A stretch of DNA of 64,000 nt from Vicugna vicugna (taxonomy: Eukaryota): the NCBI GenBank assembly GCA_013265495.1, contig MU062536.1:434001-498000 (forward strand), given 5' to 3'. This document shows positions 23,346 to 33,382 of the stretch, piece by piece (positions within the stretch are counted from its first letter, which is position 1; every line of letters begins with the position of its first letter). The position numbers and the translations under genes were made by a program. Under the pieces are notes generated by a model. The model worked only from the letters and a program-made list of their open reading frames with translations, made no database searches and was not told the DNA's origin.

Positions 23346-23349
23346 CTTC

Positions 23350-23517
23350 TTTTTTTTTGTTACTATGGTAACAATTCTTTCATTATTGTTGAGTAATGTG
23401 ATTTTTTTATTGAAGTATAGTTGATTTACAATGCTGTGTTAGTTTCTGGTGTACAGCATAGTGATTCTGTTTTATATATATGTATATATAATATAATATA
23501 ATTATATATATATCTTT
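23350..23517 (-). mobile_element. Short young L1 3'-end insertion with a 43-nt extra segment and a second poly(A)
   Basis: T9 (23350-23358), unique 23359-23401, T7 (23402-23408), then attgaagtatagttgatttacaatgctgtgttagtttctggtgtacagcatagtgattc plus TA-rich tract. Confidence 0.75.
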
Positions 23518-23630
23518 TAGCTTATTTCCTTAACCAATATACTAATTAAAAAGAGATGTTAAGATGATGCATTTCAGCCATGACTCAAAGACGATCCTTC
23601 CACAAAAAGAACTAAATAGAAAATTTGATT

Positions 23631-23680
23631 TAATTACCACCCCCCAAAAAAACCTTAAATAAATAAATAAATAATAAAAA
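23631..23680 (+). repeat. A-rich retroposon-tail-like sequence, resembling the recalled camelid SINE 3' tail
   Basis: taattaccaccccccaaaaaaaccttaaataaataaataaataataaaaa; no tRNA-like SINE head upstream. Confidence 0.3.
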
Positions 23681-23789
23681 GTGATGAACTTTGAAAAAAA
23701 TCTGATAAAAAATTATCCAGTGAAAATTGTTCAAAGCAGGCATTCAAGTTGGTAACATCTAGTTGGTAACAACTTCACACACACAAGTA

Positions 23790-24580
23790 TGTGAGTGACT
23801 CCATGGACCACGTAAGCCTTCTACAAAAAGGGGCCCACGTGGTTCCTTTAAGATCTGCCCAAGAGGACTACCCAGAGAGAGAAACTAGATAAACTAGAGG
23901 TAAGATTGGATTCCTAACAGCAGAGGAAGGAGTCAGTCATCAAACCAGAATAGAGATGTATCTGACCTTTCCAAAGGAAGTCCCAGGGGAAAATCCTCAG
24001 AAATAGGGGAATTCTCCAAGGAAGCCATGAAATGCTCAGGACAGAGGTAGGGATAGGAATAGGGATGGGGGAGGGCACAGGGAGAGACTGCCAGCTTGAA
24101 CACCCACAACTCCCAGAAGCACCAGCATCGGGTTGTGACTGTGCCAGTGCAGCAGCACCTTCTGTGTCACTTTTGATCCCCTCCTTCTCCAGGCACCAAC
24201 CCCAAGTGCTCAGAAACAGCTGCACTGAGCAGGCTGGTGGAAGGAACATACAAGCTAAGATGGGGTCAGAGAGAAGATGCCGGGTCCCTTGTCCTTGCGG
24301 TAATCTCCCCACCTGTGGCAGGGGGAGGGGTCTAAATTTTAAACAAATCTCCAGGTTTTGAGTATTACCTGTTTTTGACGGTATGAATCGTGCTTACTGC
24401 TGAACTGAGCCCGGGTTCTGTGACTGAACTTGTCTCTAAGATGTTTTATGATTTAAGAATAAAGAGAACTGCTGTGGGGCCCCAGAGAAAGAAAAAGCCC
24501 CAGAGATAAATTTAAATGGAGAAAGGATATTAATACAAAGTTGTTTTAGGATTACACCCCCTGAGTTTCAATTGCTCAGC
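23790..24580 (+). mobile_element. Ancient LTR (MamGypLTR/LTR78-81-like; family uncertain)
   Basis: GC-elevated block ending atacaaagttgttttaggattacaccccctgagtttc, similar to recalled 3' ends of old gypsy-like mammalian LTRs. Confidence 0.4.
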
Positions 24581-24949
24581 ACAGGAGCTGCACTGACATC
24601 TGTGCTTCTGGCCAAGCGTGGACCCCAAGACTTGTCCGTGTAGCGATTATTTTTGCCATCCCATTATTGCCCCTATAGGCCTCACATATAACCCCTCTTT
24701 TTGCTCAGAAAAATCGCAGCTGACACAGTTATCATTCACCTGCCAAAATGGTGTTTAAAGGAGGCTGACTTACAGTACTTGTTTTCAGGGAGCTATTTTT
24801 ACTGTGAAGGCACAAGCCTTCTCTGAGTCGCCTACAAAATGTCATCCTTATCACAACTCGGTGGAAATTGTGCTTTTCTATTATATGCATCACTTATGTG
24901 GAATTTATTTACTGGCTCTTATTCCAATTTTGATCCCACATACATATTT

Positions 24950-25090
24950 CGTCTTTATCACATAGACGTGTTCTATCTTTCCCAAATTAGATGGCATTCT
25001 CTTTGAGGGCAGGTACTCACACGTGTTCTTTTTCAAATTTATCTATAGCATCTGATAGAACTTTACTCATAAGGGCTCAAGAAGTAAGTC
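24950..25090 (+). mobile_element. L2 3'-end fragment
   Basis: ctatctttcccaaattagatggcattctctttgagggcagg...tatagcatctgatagaactttactcataagggctcaag. Confidence 0.6.
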
Positions 25091-25649
25091 ATGTCTGGAA
25101 ACATTAGTTATAAGTGAGCAAACCATGCTCCATTTTGCAACCTCAAACATTTGTTTCTACTTCTGTGTCAGCTGAATGCAGAACAAACCACTGTTTACCT
25201 TTATGCTAAAGGAAAAGATTTCAAATAAAGCCTCATTTAGCTGTGTGCTTTGATTTAAAGCCTGTCACCTGTATATCAATAATCCTTCACGTGAAACTTC
25301 TGGAATGTGGAAGAGAAGGCAGTAAAGGACAGGAGAATAAAACTGAGTCTCATACTAGGAATTTACTGGTTAATAGTTTTTCCCTCAAAGGAGGGCAGAT
25401 GCTCATATTTATATATTGCACATAAATTTACAATGTGACAGAAAAATAATCCTACTTGCACATTTATTTTTAATTTTGTTCAGTGTGCTTTGAGCTTCCT
25501 AGGCCAATTTCTAACAGTCATGTCCCTGCTAATGTTATGAGTGATGGTTGTCAGCCTTAAGCTTGCCTTATTACAGAGATCCTACCCATAGCTTCTCTGC
25601 CCTGGTTGGCCCTCTGAGAAACAGAAACCTACAACTACCATTTATTAAT

Positions 25650-25715
25650 TCCTTTTCATTCAATTGTTTATTCCACAAATGTATTTGAGCACATCGTCAG
25701 TCCCAGGCACTGTAC
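25650..25715 (-). mobile_element. L2 3'-terminal fragment
   Basis: ttcattcaattgtttattccacaaatgtatttgagcacatcgtcagtcccaggcactg. Confidence 0.6.
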
Positions 25716-26399
25716 CTTTAAAGTTCCAGAACTGCATTCCCCACACAGCTGTAGCCATTTTGAACACTATGCTCACCAGAGCATTGTCTCCATTTTCCTA
25801 AGAGATTGAACATCAAGTGATGGGATTGGAATGAGCCCCAATGAACACTGACACCTCCCCACATAACTCCTGCTAGAGTATTGCTTTTCTTTTATATTTG
25901 GCTCATCTTCGGCCCGAAACTCAACAACTACTTCAAGTTAAAGAAACATGATAGCAAAACTATCCACAAAACCAACTACACTTTTTGGTTGCTTGTTATT
26001 TTGATAGAGCATTTGAACCTTGTGTATTGATACCAGTCGGCAGTGCAAGGGAGACTGAAGGAGGTTGGGGCAACGTAATAGCAGATGAGAAAATAGAGCC
26101 AGAGTAGCGGAAACCAGCATGATCCTTTTGCAGCCCCCTCGGTTAATGAATATGCAAAAAGTTGAAATCTGCAATTATTTTGCCTTCCCTCCATCTCACC
26201 TCAAAGTAAAGGGGAAAAAATCAATACTGAAGAGACAAGAATTATCTCAAGAAGTAAATTCACAGTAAACAGCCTGCATCAAGTAAGGACAACATGAATT
26301 AATGAGTTCTTTAGGTGGACAAAAGAAAACATAACACAACACTCCTTGAACTTAACTGGGATAGATAAAATACGAAGCTTTAAGTTCTGTGGAATAAAT

Positions 26400-26650
26400 A
26401 TGAGCAAGAAGAAAAGGAAAACTGAAAAAGTGTGGGAGCTCAAAAAGGTAAAGTAAAAGCAGGCCTTGTTCTAGGAAGGAGAGAATTTGGGAGTTAGTGC
26501 TTGAAGGAAGTGATGAATGTGGATAAGAGAAGGGGCAGTCGAGATGCCATGGAGGTGGGAATTAAGACCAAGCCACAGCAGCCTACAGTCTGGCTAGGCT
26601 GGAGCAGAGTCTAGATAAGGACAAATGGGATCAGAAAATTACATGTGGTC
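26400..26650 (-). mobile_element. Degenerate L2 fragment
   Basis: Purine-rich, with gtgcttgaaggaagt and tggctaggctggagcagagt motifs. Confidence 0.4.
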
Positions 26651-27773
26651 AACAAAGTCCAGGATTGGCACAAAGCATCATACCACCCTTAGACAGGAAA
26701 TACAGCATACAGGTGGCAGAGAGAAAAAAACTGTTTCTTAAACAAAGTTTTACCCATACGGATCTCTATATAGGTGCCCATTTCCCAGGTGGTGTAGCTA
26801 TTGATTTGCAAGTACACCTCAGTCTTTTTTCAGAATCTCCCAGTAGTGGGTGTGAAGTAAGAGAGGCAAAGGGAAAGATACGTTAGTTTTTAGAGGTAAT
26901 AAGAGAGTTGGATTCCTTATAAAGAAGAAATCATTTTTATTTCACCCCAACTTATTATTTTAGTACCAACTTATTATCTTCTTGAAATAGCCACATTGTC
27001 TTGCATAAAAAGAAAGCATAAAGAACTAGTGTAACAATTACAAATAGCAATTGGTTTTAATCCCACTCCCATTTTAATGACCAACCAAGTTTCTCTTGCC
27101 TTCATGCCCTCAGTCTGCAATATCGCACAACTTGTGGGCATCATTTCCCATGTGACAGGTATTCATTTTCATTGTGAAGAAAATCATGAAATAATCACTG
27201 ATTTAATCAGATAGTGAAATTAGATTAGACCTACAGGTCAGATATTTTCATCCAGGTACTGACTTCTTGGTAGTCAGTACTTATGATTTATGGCTTATGA
27301 CTGCTTTTATAAGACAAGAAAATGTAAACCATGTGAGAAACAATTCATTTCTTTAGAGTTGAGCTGCATAATCCTTTGCCTCTGGACATATCTACTATGT
27401 TCACATTTTCCTAAAAATTAATGATGATACCCCATTAAGTTTATTTCATATAACTGCTGCAACATTATAGAACATATCACTATAAGCAAAAAATTGCTAC
27501 TAATAAAACAATACTCCGCCATAAGGAATTAGGTTTCCTATAAGAATATAAGGTGTACACCAGACCAGACTGAGCTAGTTGGTAATAAATGCCCAAGTTG
27601 GATATCAAATACCTTGGTGATGGTCTTTTTTTTTTTCAGAATTTCACTATATTATTAAAAATTACCATTCTTTACATCTTATCTGGTTATATTTGACTAT
27701 TCTGTCTCCATATGGGACAAAGATGACTAAAAACAAATTTTGAAAAAAAATTACTTGGCTGTAAGTGATTATT

Positions 27774-28240
27774 TCTGGGTCAGATGGGCCAGATAGTAGG
27801 GTTAATGACACCAGAATCTGGACCCACTGTAGAGTCCTTTCCTGATGTCAGCCACACCCAGAGCTGGCAGCTTTCCATGTCATTTGGTAGATGAATATTC
27901 TACCAAAGGGTAGAATAAACTGCCTCCATATCTCAAAGAGGTTTACCAAGAGTTGTTTTTCCTTCTTCGTGGTGGGATCTGGGAAATCAAATAATACACA
28001 CTTTAGTTTGGAGGGAATGTTCTAGCATGCCCCCCAGATCACTCAACTTCGATAAAATTCCCTAATGTGATAGGTCCTTGAACCTTAATAGGCTTTTCTC
28101 TCACTCTCTGGGGCACATATGTATCACGAATGACATGAACATACTCGCCACATCTTGCTCATCTGAATTGTTTAACATGAGATCATTGGGCTATTAGAGA
28201 GGACAGAAGAGTTAATTAACATCATCCCTGGGCAAGTCTG
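27774..28240 (-). pseudogene. Degenerate ERVL pol (RT palm/thumb) remnant
   Basis: LPQG motif, altered (YI)DD motif reading NDLML, thumb motif PTTKKE...LF..WRQ; stops and frameshifts present. Confidence 0.75.
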
Positions 28241-28279
28241 TAAATGTGTACTATTGACTAGTCTATTTGAATGGGCTCT

Positions 28280-28790
28280 CAAACAGAATATAGTTAGCAA
28301 GGGGTTTTCCGGTCTTACATAATATATCCATGCCAACATGTCCACTTCCTTAAGGCTTTTGATACCATCTTCCACCAACTACCACAGCAATTCTGTCATT
28401 TCTAGTTTACTTAGGGCAGAATACTTCTTTCCCCAAGTGACCAGTAGCATAGAAACACTGCCTCACAGGGTCCTTGCAGGGTGGGAAATCCTTTATCACA
28501 GGAAAGCATTCCCAACTCAGTAAACTCTCCCTTGTCCAAATTTACATTCTTCTCCTTGATCCAGCATTCTCAACACCCAGGCAAAACATACTTACCTGGA
28601 TCCCACCAAGACAACTTGACTATGTCTTTCAGATCTTTCCATGTAAAATTCCTTTTATCTGTTGGAAAACCCAGAACTTTCCCCGATAAATGCTGCATTT
28701 TCATCCTAACTATTGGTCTTGTGGCCAAGAGAGGTGGTAAGGGTAAATCCTGGGCGGGGAGAGGGTCCATCTTGCCTTATTAGACAAGGT
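28280..28790 (-). pseudogene. Degenerate ERVL gag remnant
   Basis: ORFs 28172..28378 and 28570..28770 carry gag-like peptides, with an in-frame stop and frameshifts between them. Confidence 0.75.
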
Positions 28791-29448
28791 TTTTGGCACT
28801 TTATTTAAACAAGCGTGTAGTGGGACAATTCTACAGATCCAGAAGACCCATTCGGGGGATATGTGGTTCAACATTGCCAAAGGATTTGACTCAGATATCC
28901 AATCCCAAGGCTCAGAACCCCTTTCCTTCCCAACCAGAGTCAGAGCATAGCAAACTTGCCAGATTGAGAATTCAATCTTCTAAGAAGCTCTGTTACCTTT
29001 TAAATTAAGTCCTAGGCATTATCTGCAGCTTTTTCTATCCTCTGGCTGCAAGAAATAGTATCCTTTTGCACACTTCGAAGGAGCCTTTCTGACTTTTACT
29101 GTTTACATTAAGTTGGTGATAAATCACTCCTCGTATTTCTTTCTCCAAAGTATAGCCTATACTCATTAAGAGTTACAGGATTCCATATTCCATATAATTA
29201 CTACATACCCTGAAGTTCTCAGGCCCCTACAATACTGCACTGCCAATGAACTTCTTTCCTGATTTTCCATGCCAGCCCACCACTGGTGAGAATTTTAACC
29301 ACTGCACTACAAAGGCATTCCAGAGGCTATCTGTACTCCACCCAGCACCAGTGATGGTGCCCTCATTACCAACCGTTCATCGATGACCTAGTTCCAACAT
29401 CTCAATTTAAGATCTGGATTTATTCCTCAGTGCACTCTTGGGAACAAC

Positions 29449-29770
29449 TGTCTTGGATCAGGTGCCCTAAGAAATGGGCTCAGACACAGATCTGCATGCA
29501 GGAAGTTTACTGGGGAGTGTTCTAACAAAAACAACAACCACAACACCACCTGTGAGGGAACGTCAGTTGCAGGACTGGGCGAGAAAAAAAAGTTGAACTG
29601 AGATGCAGCTCCAACAGAGGCTTTAGCTCATTCCGCCAGGAGCTCAGAAGCTGAGAGGGCTCTTCAGAGGTACCCCCAGATTGAGGCAAGGGGATAAGCC
29701 CGTGTCCTGTCATGTTGGCCAGTCATTTTATGTAGTCTCAGAATGTAACTGGCCTTTACAACAGCCACAC
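29449..29770 (-). mobile_element. 5' LTR of the ERVL element (LTR16-like)
   Basis: Antisense end ...cactccccagtaaacttcctgcatgcagatctgtgtctgagcc...atccaagaCA at 29449, followed by a PBS/leader-like gttgttcccaagagtg. Confidence 0.75.
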
Positions 29771-29789
29771 TGGGTTTAAGATGACAAGG

Positions 29790-30800
29790 AAGTCATAGCT
29801 AAAAACTGTCAACCAAGTTCAAAGGAGAAAATAAAGACCTTTGGAGATATTTAAGGCTGAGAAAATTAATCCCATGTGCCCTTTAAAAATTTTTCTTGAG
29901 GAAGTTTTTCAAAACAGAAAAGAGAAGATGTAAGATTCTAGCCCTAGAGAGCATCAGAGAAAATTCAGAGATGAGAGATGAGCCACTGTCGGTACCAAAC
30001 TGTAGTTCATACCTGTGGTTTCTCTACAGTAACAAAGCCATCTCACTCTTGGTCATTGGAAGGACCAATGTGGAACTTTAATAAAATATTTCCTATTTGT
30101 AAATGTTTAATATTCCTAATGAAGACGTTACTTGTTCATTTAAATGTAAAAGCAAATGCAAATACTAATAGAGAAAAATGGTCAAAGGACATAAATTAGG
30201 TTCATGAACAAAAATATAAATGTTTACTAAATATGAAATGTTAAAACCTGTCAAGTTTTTTAAAAATATAAATTTTTTAAAACAACGAGATGTCACTTGG
30301 GTCTATGATTTTCAAAGATTAAAAAGACTGAAAAGACTTAGTGTTATGAAGGTGACCAGATATGGGCCTTGTCAGGCACTGCTGCTAAGTGTGCAAATGC
30401 TGTTAATAATCCCGGAAGGTGATTAAGTTTAACAAGGTGCGAATCCCTTGAGTCAGCAATCAGCCCCGGGGATATTCATGGTAATTCTCTTTGTAATAGC
30501 AAGAAATTAGAAATAGTGTAATAACCAAAAAGAGGGATGAATACATAAATTATTCTATAGAATTACAAGATAAATACTATACTGCTAATAACAAAGGCAT
30601 TGTAGAAAAATAAGTAATGTCATAGTAATAGCTGGTATTCTATTTTTAAGAAAAAAAGATTATTGAGTAATAAGCAGTTTGTAGACCAATAATGTAATTG
30701 TATATACTATGGGGTTTCTGTTCTGCACGTAGGACTGAGAAGGTTTCATACGCATGCTTGTGTGTAGGGAGAGATGACTGGAAAAAGAAGTCAGGAAAAG
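29790..30800 (+). mobile_element. Heavily deleted old L1ME (ORF1-end fragment about 29790-29940 and ORF2-end/3'UTR fragments about 30150-30800)
   Basis: gagaaaataaagacctttggagat; agaaaaatggtcaaaggacataaat; caaagattaaaaagactga; ctttgtaatagcaagaaattagaaa. Confidence 0.6.
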
Positions 30801-31079
30801 AATGTCTGGGGGAAAAAAGTTGAGGACTCAGGCATGAACCGATTTAATCCCACCTTGTGACAAGGGAATATGCAAACATGAAGCTAGTATTTTACTAGTG
30901 AATTTTTGCCTTTTGGTTTGGCTAATGAGCAAAGATGACTGATTCTGAGATATTCTTGGGTAAAAAAGTTGCTATTTTGGCCCCAAGCGACACAGTTGAG
31001 GAGACGACTGTCTCATCTAAACACAGATCCCAGCCTCGCCTTGGCACCCTGGAGATTGACGACTTCCATTTGTTTACAA

Positions 31080-31200
31080 ACCCATTCAATTTACAAGCAT
31101 TTATTGAGCCATGACTTCAAGACTTATTGAGCCTGGTTATGCTGCTGGGAATGCAAAAGTGAATAAAACATATTTTCTGCTCTTGGACAAGAAACAATTA
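31080..31200 (-). mobile_element. L2 3'-end fragment
   Basis: ccattcaatttacaagcatttattgagcc...ctgggaatgcaaaagtgaataaaaca. Confidence 0.65.
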
Positions 31201-31217
31201 CCAGGTAAAAAAAAAAA

Positions 31218-31345
31218 TATATATATATATATAATATATAATATAGCTATATAAAATATATAATTATAATATATATTATATACAGTCATATTATATTATA
31301 TATAACTATACCATATGTTATAATATATTAAATACCATAATATGT
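31218..31345. repeat. TA-rich low-complexity tract
   Basis: Degenerate (TA)n/(TAA)n following a poly(A) run. Confidence 0.85.
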
Positions 31346-31689
31346 AAAAATATTATATAGTAGATTCTAACATACTATATAGGGATACATAATGAAAAAT
31401 ATTATGAAAAAGTAAATTGGAGAAGGAACAGTATGGTAGTAAAGGGCCGGATTTAGTGGGGGTGGTAGAACACAGAGAAATTTTAAGAGATTTGAATGAA
31501 GAGAGAGAGAGTGAGCCCTACAGGTGCCTGCAGAGCATGCCAGCCTGAGGGGAAAATACAGGTGAAGGAGACCTTGGCAGCCGGGGGAACTGTGCAGAGA
31601 CTGGGGCTAAAGGGCACAAACCACGAGAGGAAGCAGAGGGGCTCAGAGGGGAAACCTCGTGAAAGCAAGTGAAATGATCTTATGCGGGT

Positions 31690-31880
31690 TTAAAGAAAAA
31701 AAAATCATTCTCCCTGTTTTGTGCAGAATAGAAAGCAGGGAGACTAAGGCGCTCTTAAATCCAGAGGTGATGCTAGATTACACTAGAGGGGTCACGATTT
31801 ACCTAGAGTTTGTATCATGAAAGAAGGAGGAAACAAAAATCAGCGATGGCAATCCAGGTTTTGGCCTGGGCTGTCAGAAG
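31690..31880 (-). mobile_element. L2 fragment
   Basis: aatcattctccctgttttgtgcagaataga...aatccagaggtgatgc...atccaggttttggcctggg. Confidence 0.55.
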
Positions 31881-33342
31881 AACAAAATCCCAAAAGAAAA
31901 CCTATGGCCTCGTCACAGACATTTCCATGAAGGCCACCATCAGCAGTGATAACGCTAAAACACCCTAAAATGAACTTCTCAGGCCCAGACACCAGATCAG
32001 AACCTAAGAGAGGAAAACATGGTAGATGCATCATGCCGGTACCTGCTGACAGACTGGTTTGTGAACAACTGTAAGGAACCTTTTGGAAGCTTTTACAACA
32101 GAGCAGTTTGGGGAAAAGTGTGCTCAGGTTTTGTGGTCTAGTACAGAGATAGACAGGTAAATGGACGGATGGATAGATGAAAGAGGGAAAGATTGTACAG
32201 AGAAGGTGGAGAGAAACTGTGTGTGCATGGATAAAAAGCAAAAGAGAGAATAAATACATTCTAAAATGTTAATGGTGGATTTTTTTTATTTACATGTTTC
32301 CTCAGTGCCCAGGTATTAATATTATTAAGTAAGATAAAAGGAAAATTTATCATTTTTAAAAGCAGAGGTGGAGAGAAAAGTGGCCTTGCCTCGTCCCACA
32401 TCTCCTAGGAGAATTAAGTCACTCTTTCACGTTCCCATGTAACTCAATAATCCCTTGCTCTTTTATGTGGACACCAAGGCCTAGTAGCAAAATGAATGCA
32501 ACCATCATTCCAAGAAAGGGCCCTAAAATTAGAAAAGCATCTCTGCATTATTCTGTCTAAAATTTTTAAAATCCTCTGATTCTCAAGAGTCTGTCAGTTG
32601 TGACATTTAATGTCTCTACTTCGTCTTGGATGTACCCTTCTCTTCCCCCAAGTAAACAGGTTGTCTGGCCTGCGTCGGAGGCCAGTGAGCCACTGCAAGG
32701 GAAGCAGGGCAATACTCAGTTCTCAGAACACAAGTGCGTGGGCATCAGAGGGGTGGCTGTAGCATGTGTTAGCAGCCACCCAGTTAAACTCTAGGTGAAG
32801 AAGAACAAAAAGAAAGCCTAGCCCAGGGAGTCACTCCTGCTATATCTAGTACCTCTCACTTTGCTATTGAACAGATGGGTACAGAGCTCGGAGAGTTAAG
32901 GAAAACAGGCCTGTTTTCAGTAAAGAGAAACCAGAAAGCCACAGGTGGAATTTGTGCTTCACACTCTCTCTCCCAGTAGAACCATCAGGCTGCCCTTGTG
33001 GGGTAACACATGGGAGCCTAGGGTCCTTGTTGAGTCTACAGCCGGGGTGGGTCTACAGCCGGGGTGCGGACTCTCCCAGGCCCGGAGAGGATGACAACAT
33101 GCCCAGAAACATGAGGATGTCTTTGTTGTTGTCTTCCCTACAGGACTTTTTGAACCTACTAGAAGAGCTGGAAAATGTTATTCTCATTTATATAAATGTG
33201 TATTTCTAAAGCCCTGCAATGTTATTTGTTTCAGTGATTTTCTTTCACTAGCAATGAAATCCATGGGTTGATTATAGGCTATGTCTGTAACAAAATCGAA
33301 AGGATTTCTTTTTATCCATTTTGCATTTGTATGCCTTTTCAG

Positions 33343-33382
33343 TTCCATCCGGAGTCCCCCTCAGTTCTATTCTGGGAGCAAG
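33343..33382 (+). other. Candidate 40-nt exon (or 18-nt form 33365-33382)
   Basis: ttttgcatttgtatgccttttcag acceptor and consensus AAG|GTGAGT donor; open in all three frames. Confidence 0.35.

Larger units (their letters stand above)
27774..29448 (-). mobile_element. ERVL internal region (ERV3-16A3-like) with gag and pol remnants, internally deleted, no 3' LTR seen
   Basis: Minus-strand translations QDLPLPPLLATRPIVRMK, GEFTELGMLS and LSKLEMTELLW*LVEDGIKSLKEVDMLAWIYYVRP resemble ERVL gag. LPQG (28226-28236), NDLML (about 28174-28188) and IPSKLK...PTTKKEKQLLVNLFEIWRQFI...IYQMTWKAAS resemble ERVL RT. Confidence 0.85.

Noticed and set aside
23747-23771. agttggtaaca duplicated at a 14-bp period
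   Set aside because: This is an ordinary micro-duplication with no further structure.
23914-24361. Overlapping 132-aa (-) and 109-aa (+) ORFs
   Set aside because: They lie inside a GC-richer old LTR; low-complexity peptides are expected by chance.
31840-32259. 139-aa minus-strand ORF
   Set aside because: It is the antisense of purine-rich, partly L2-derived sequence and gives an L/F/S/P-biased peptide with no recognisable family.
33095-33116. p53-like half-site pair
   Set aside because: The second half-site has three mismatches and there is a 2-nt spacer.
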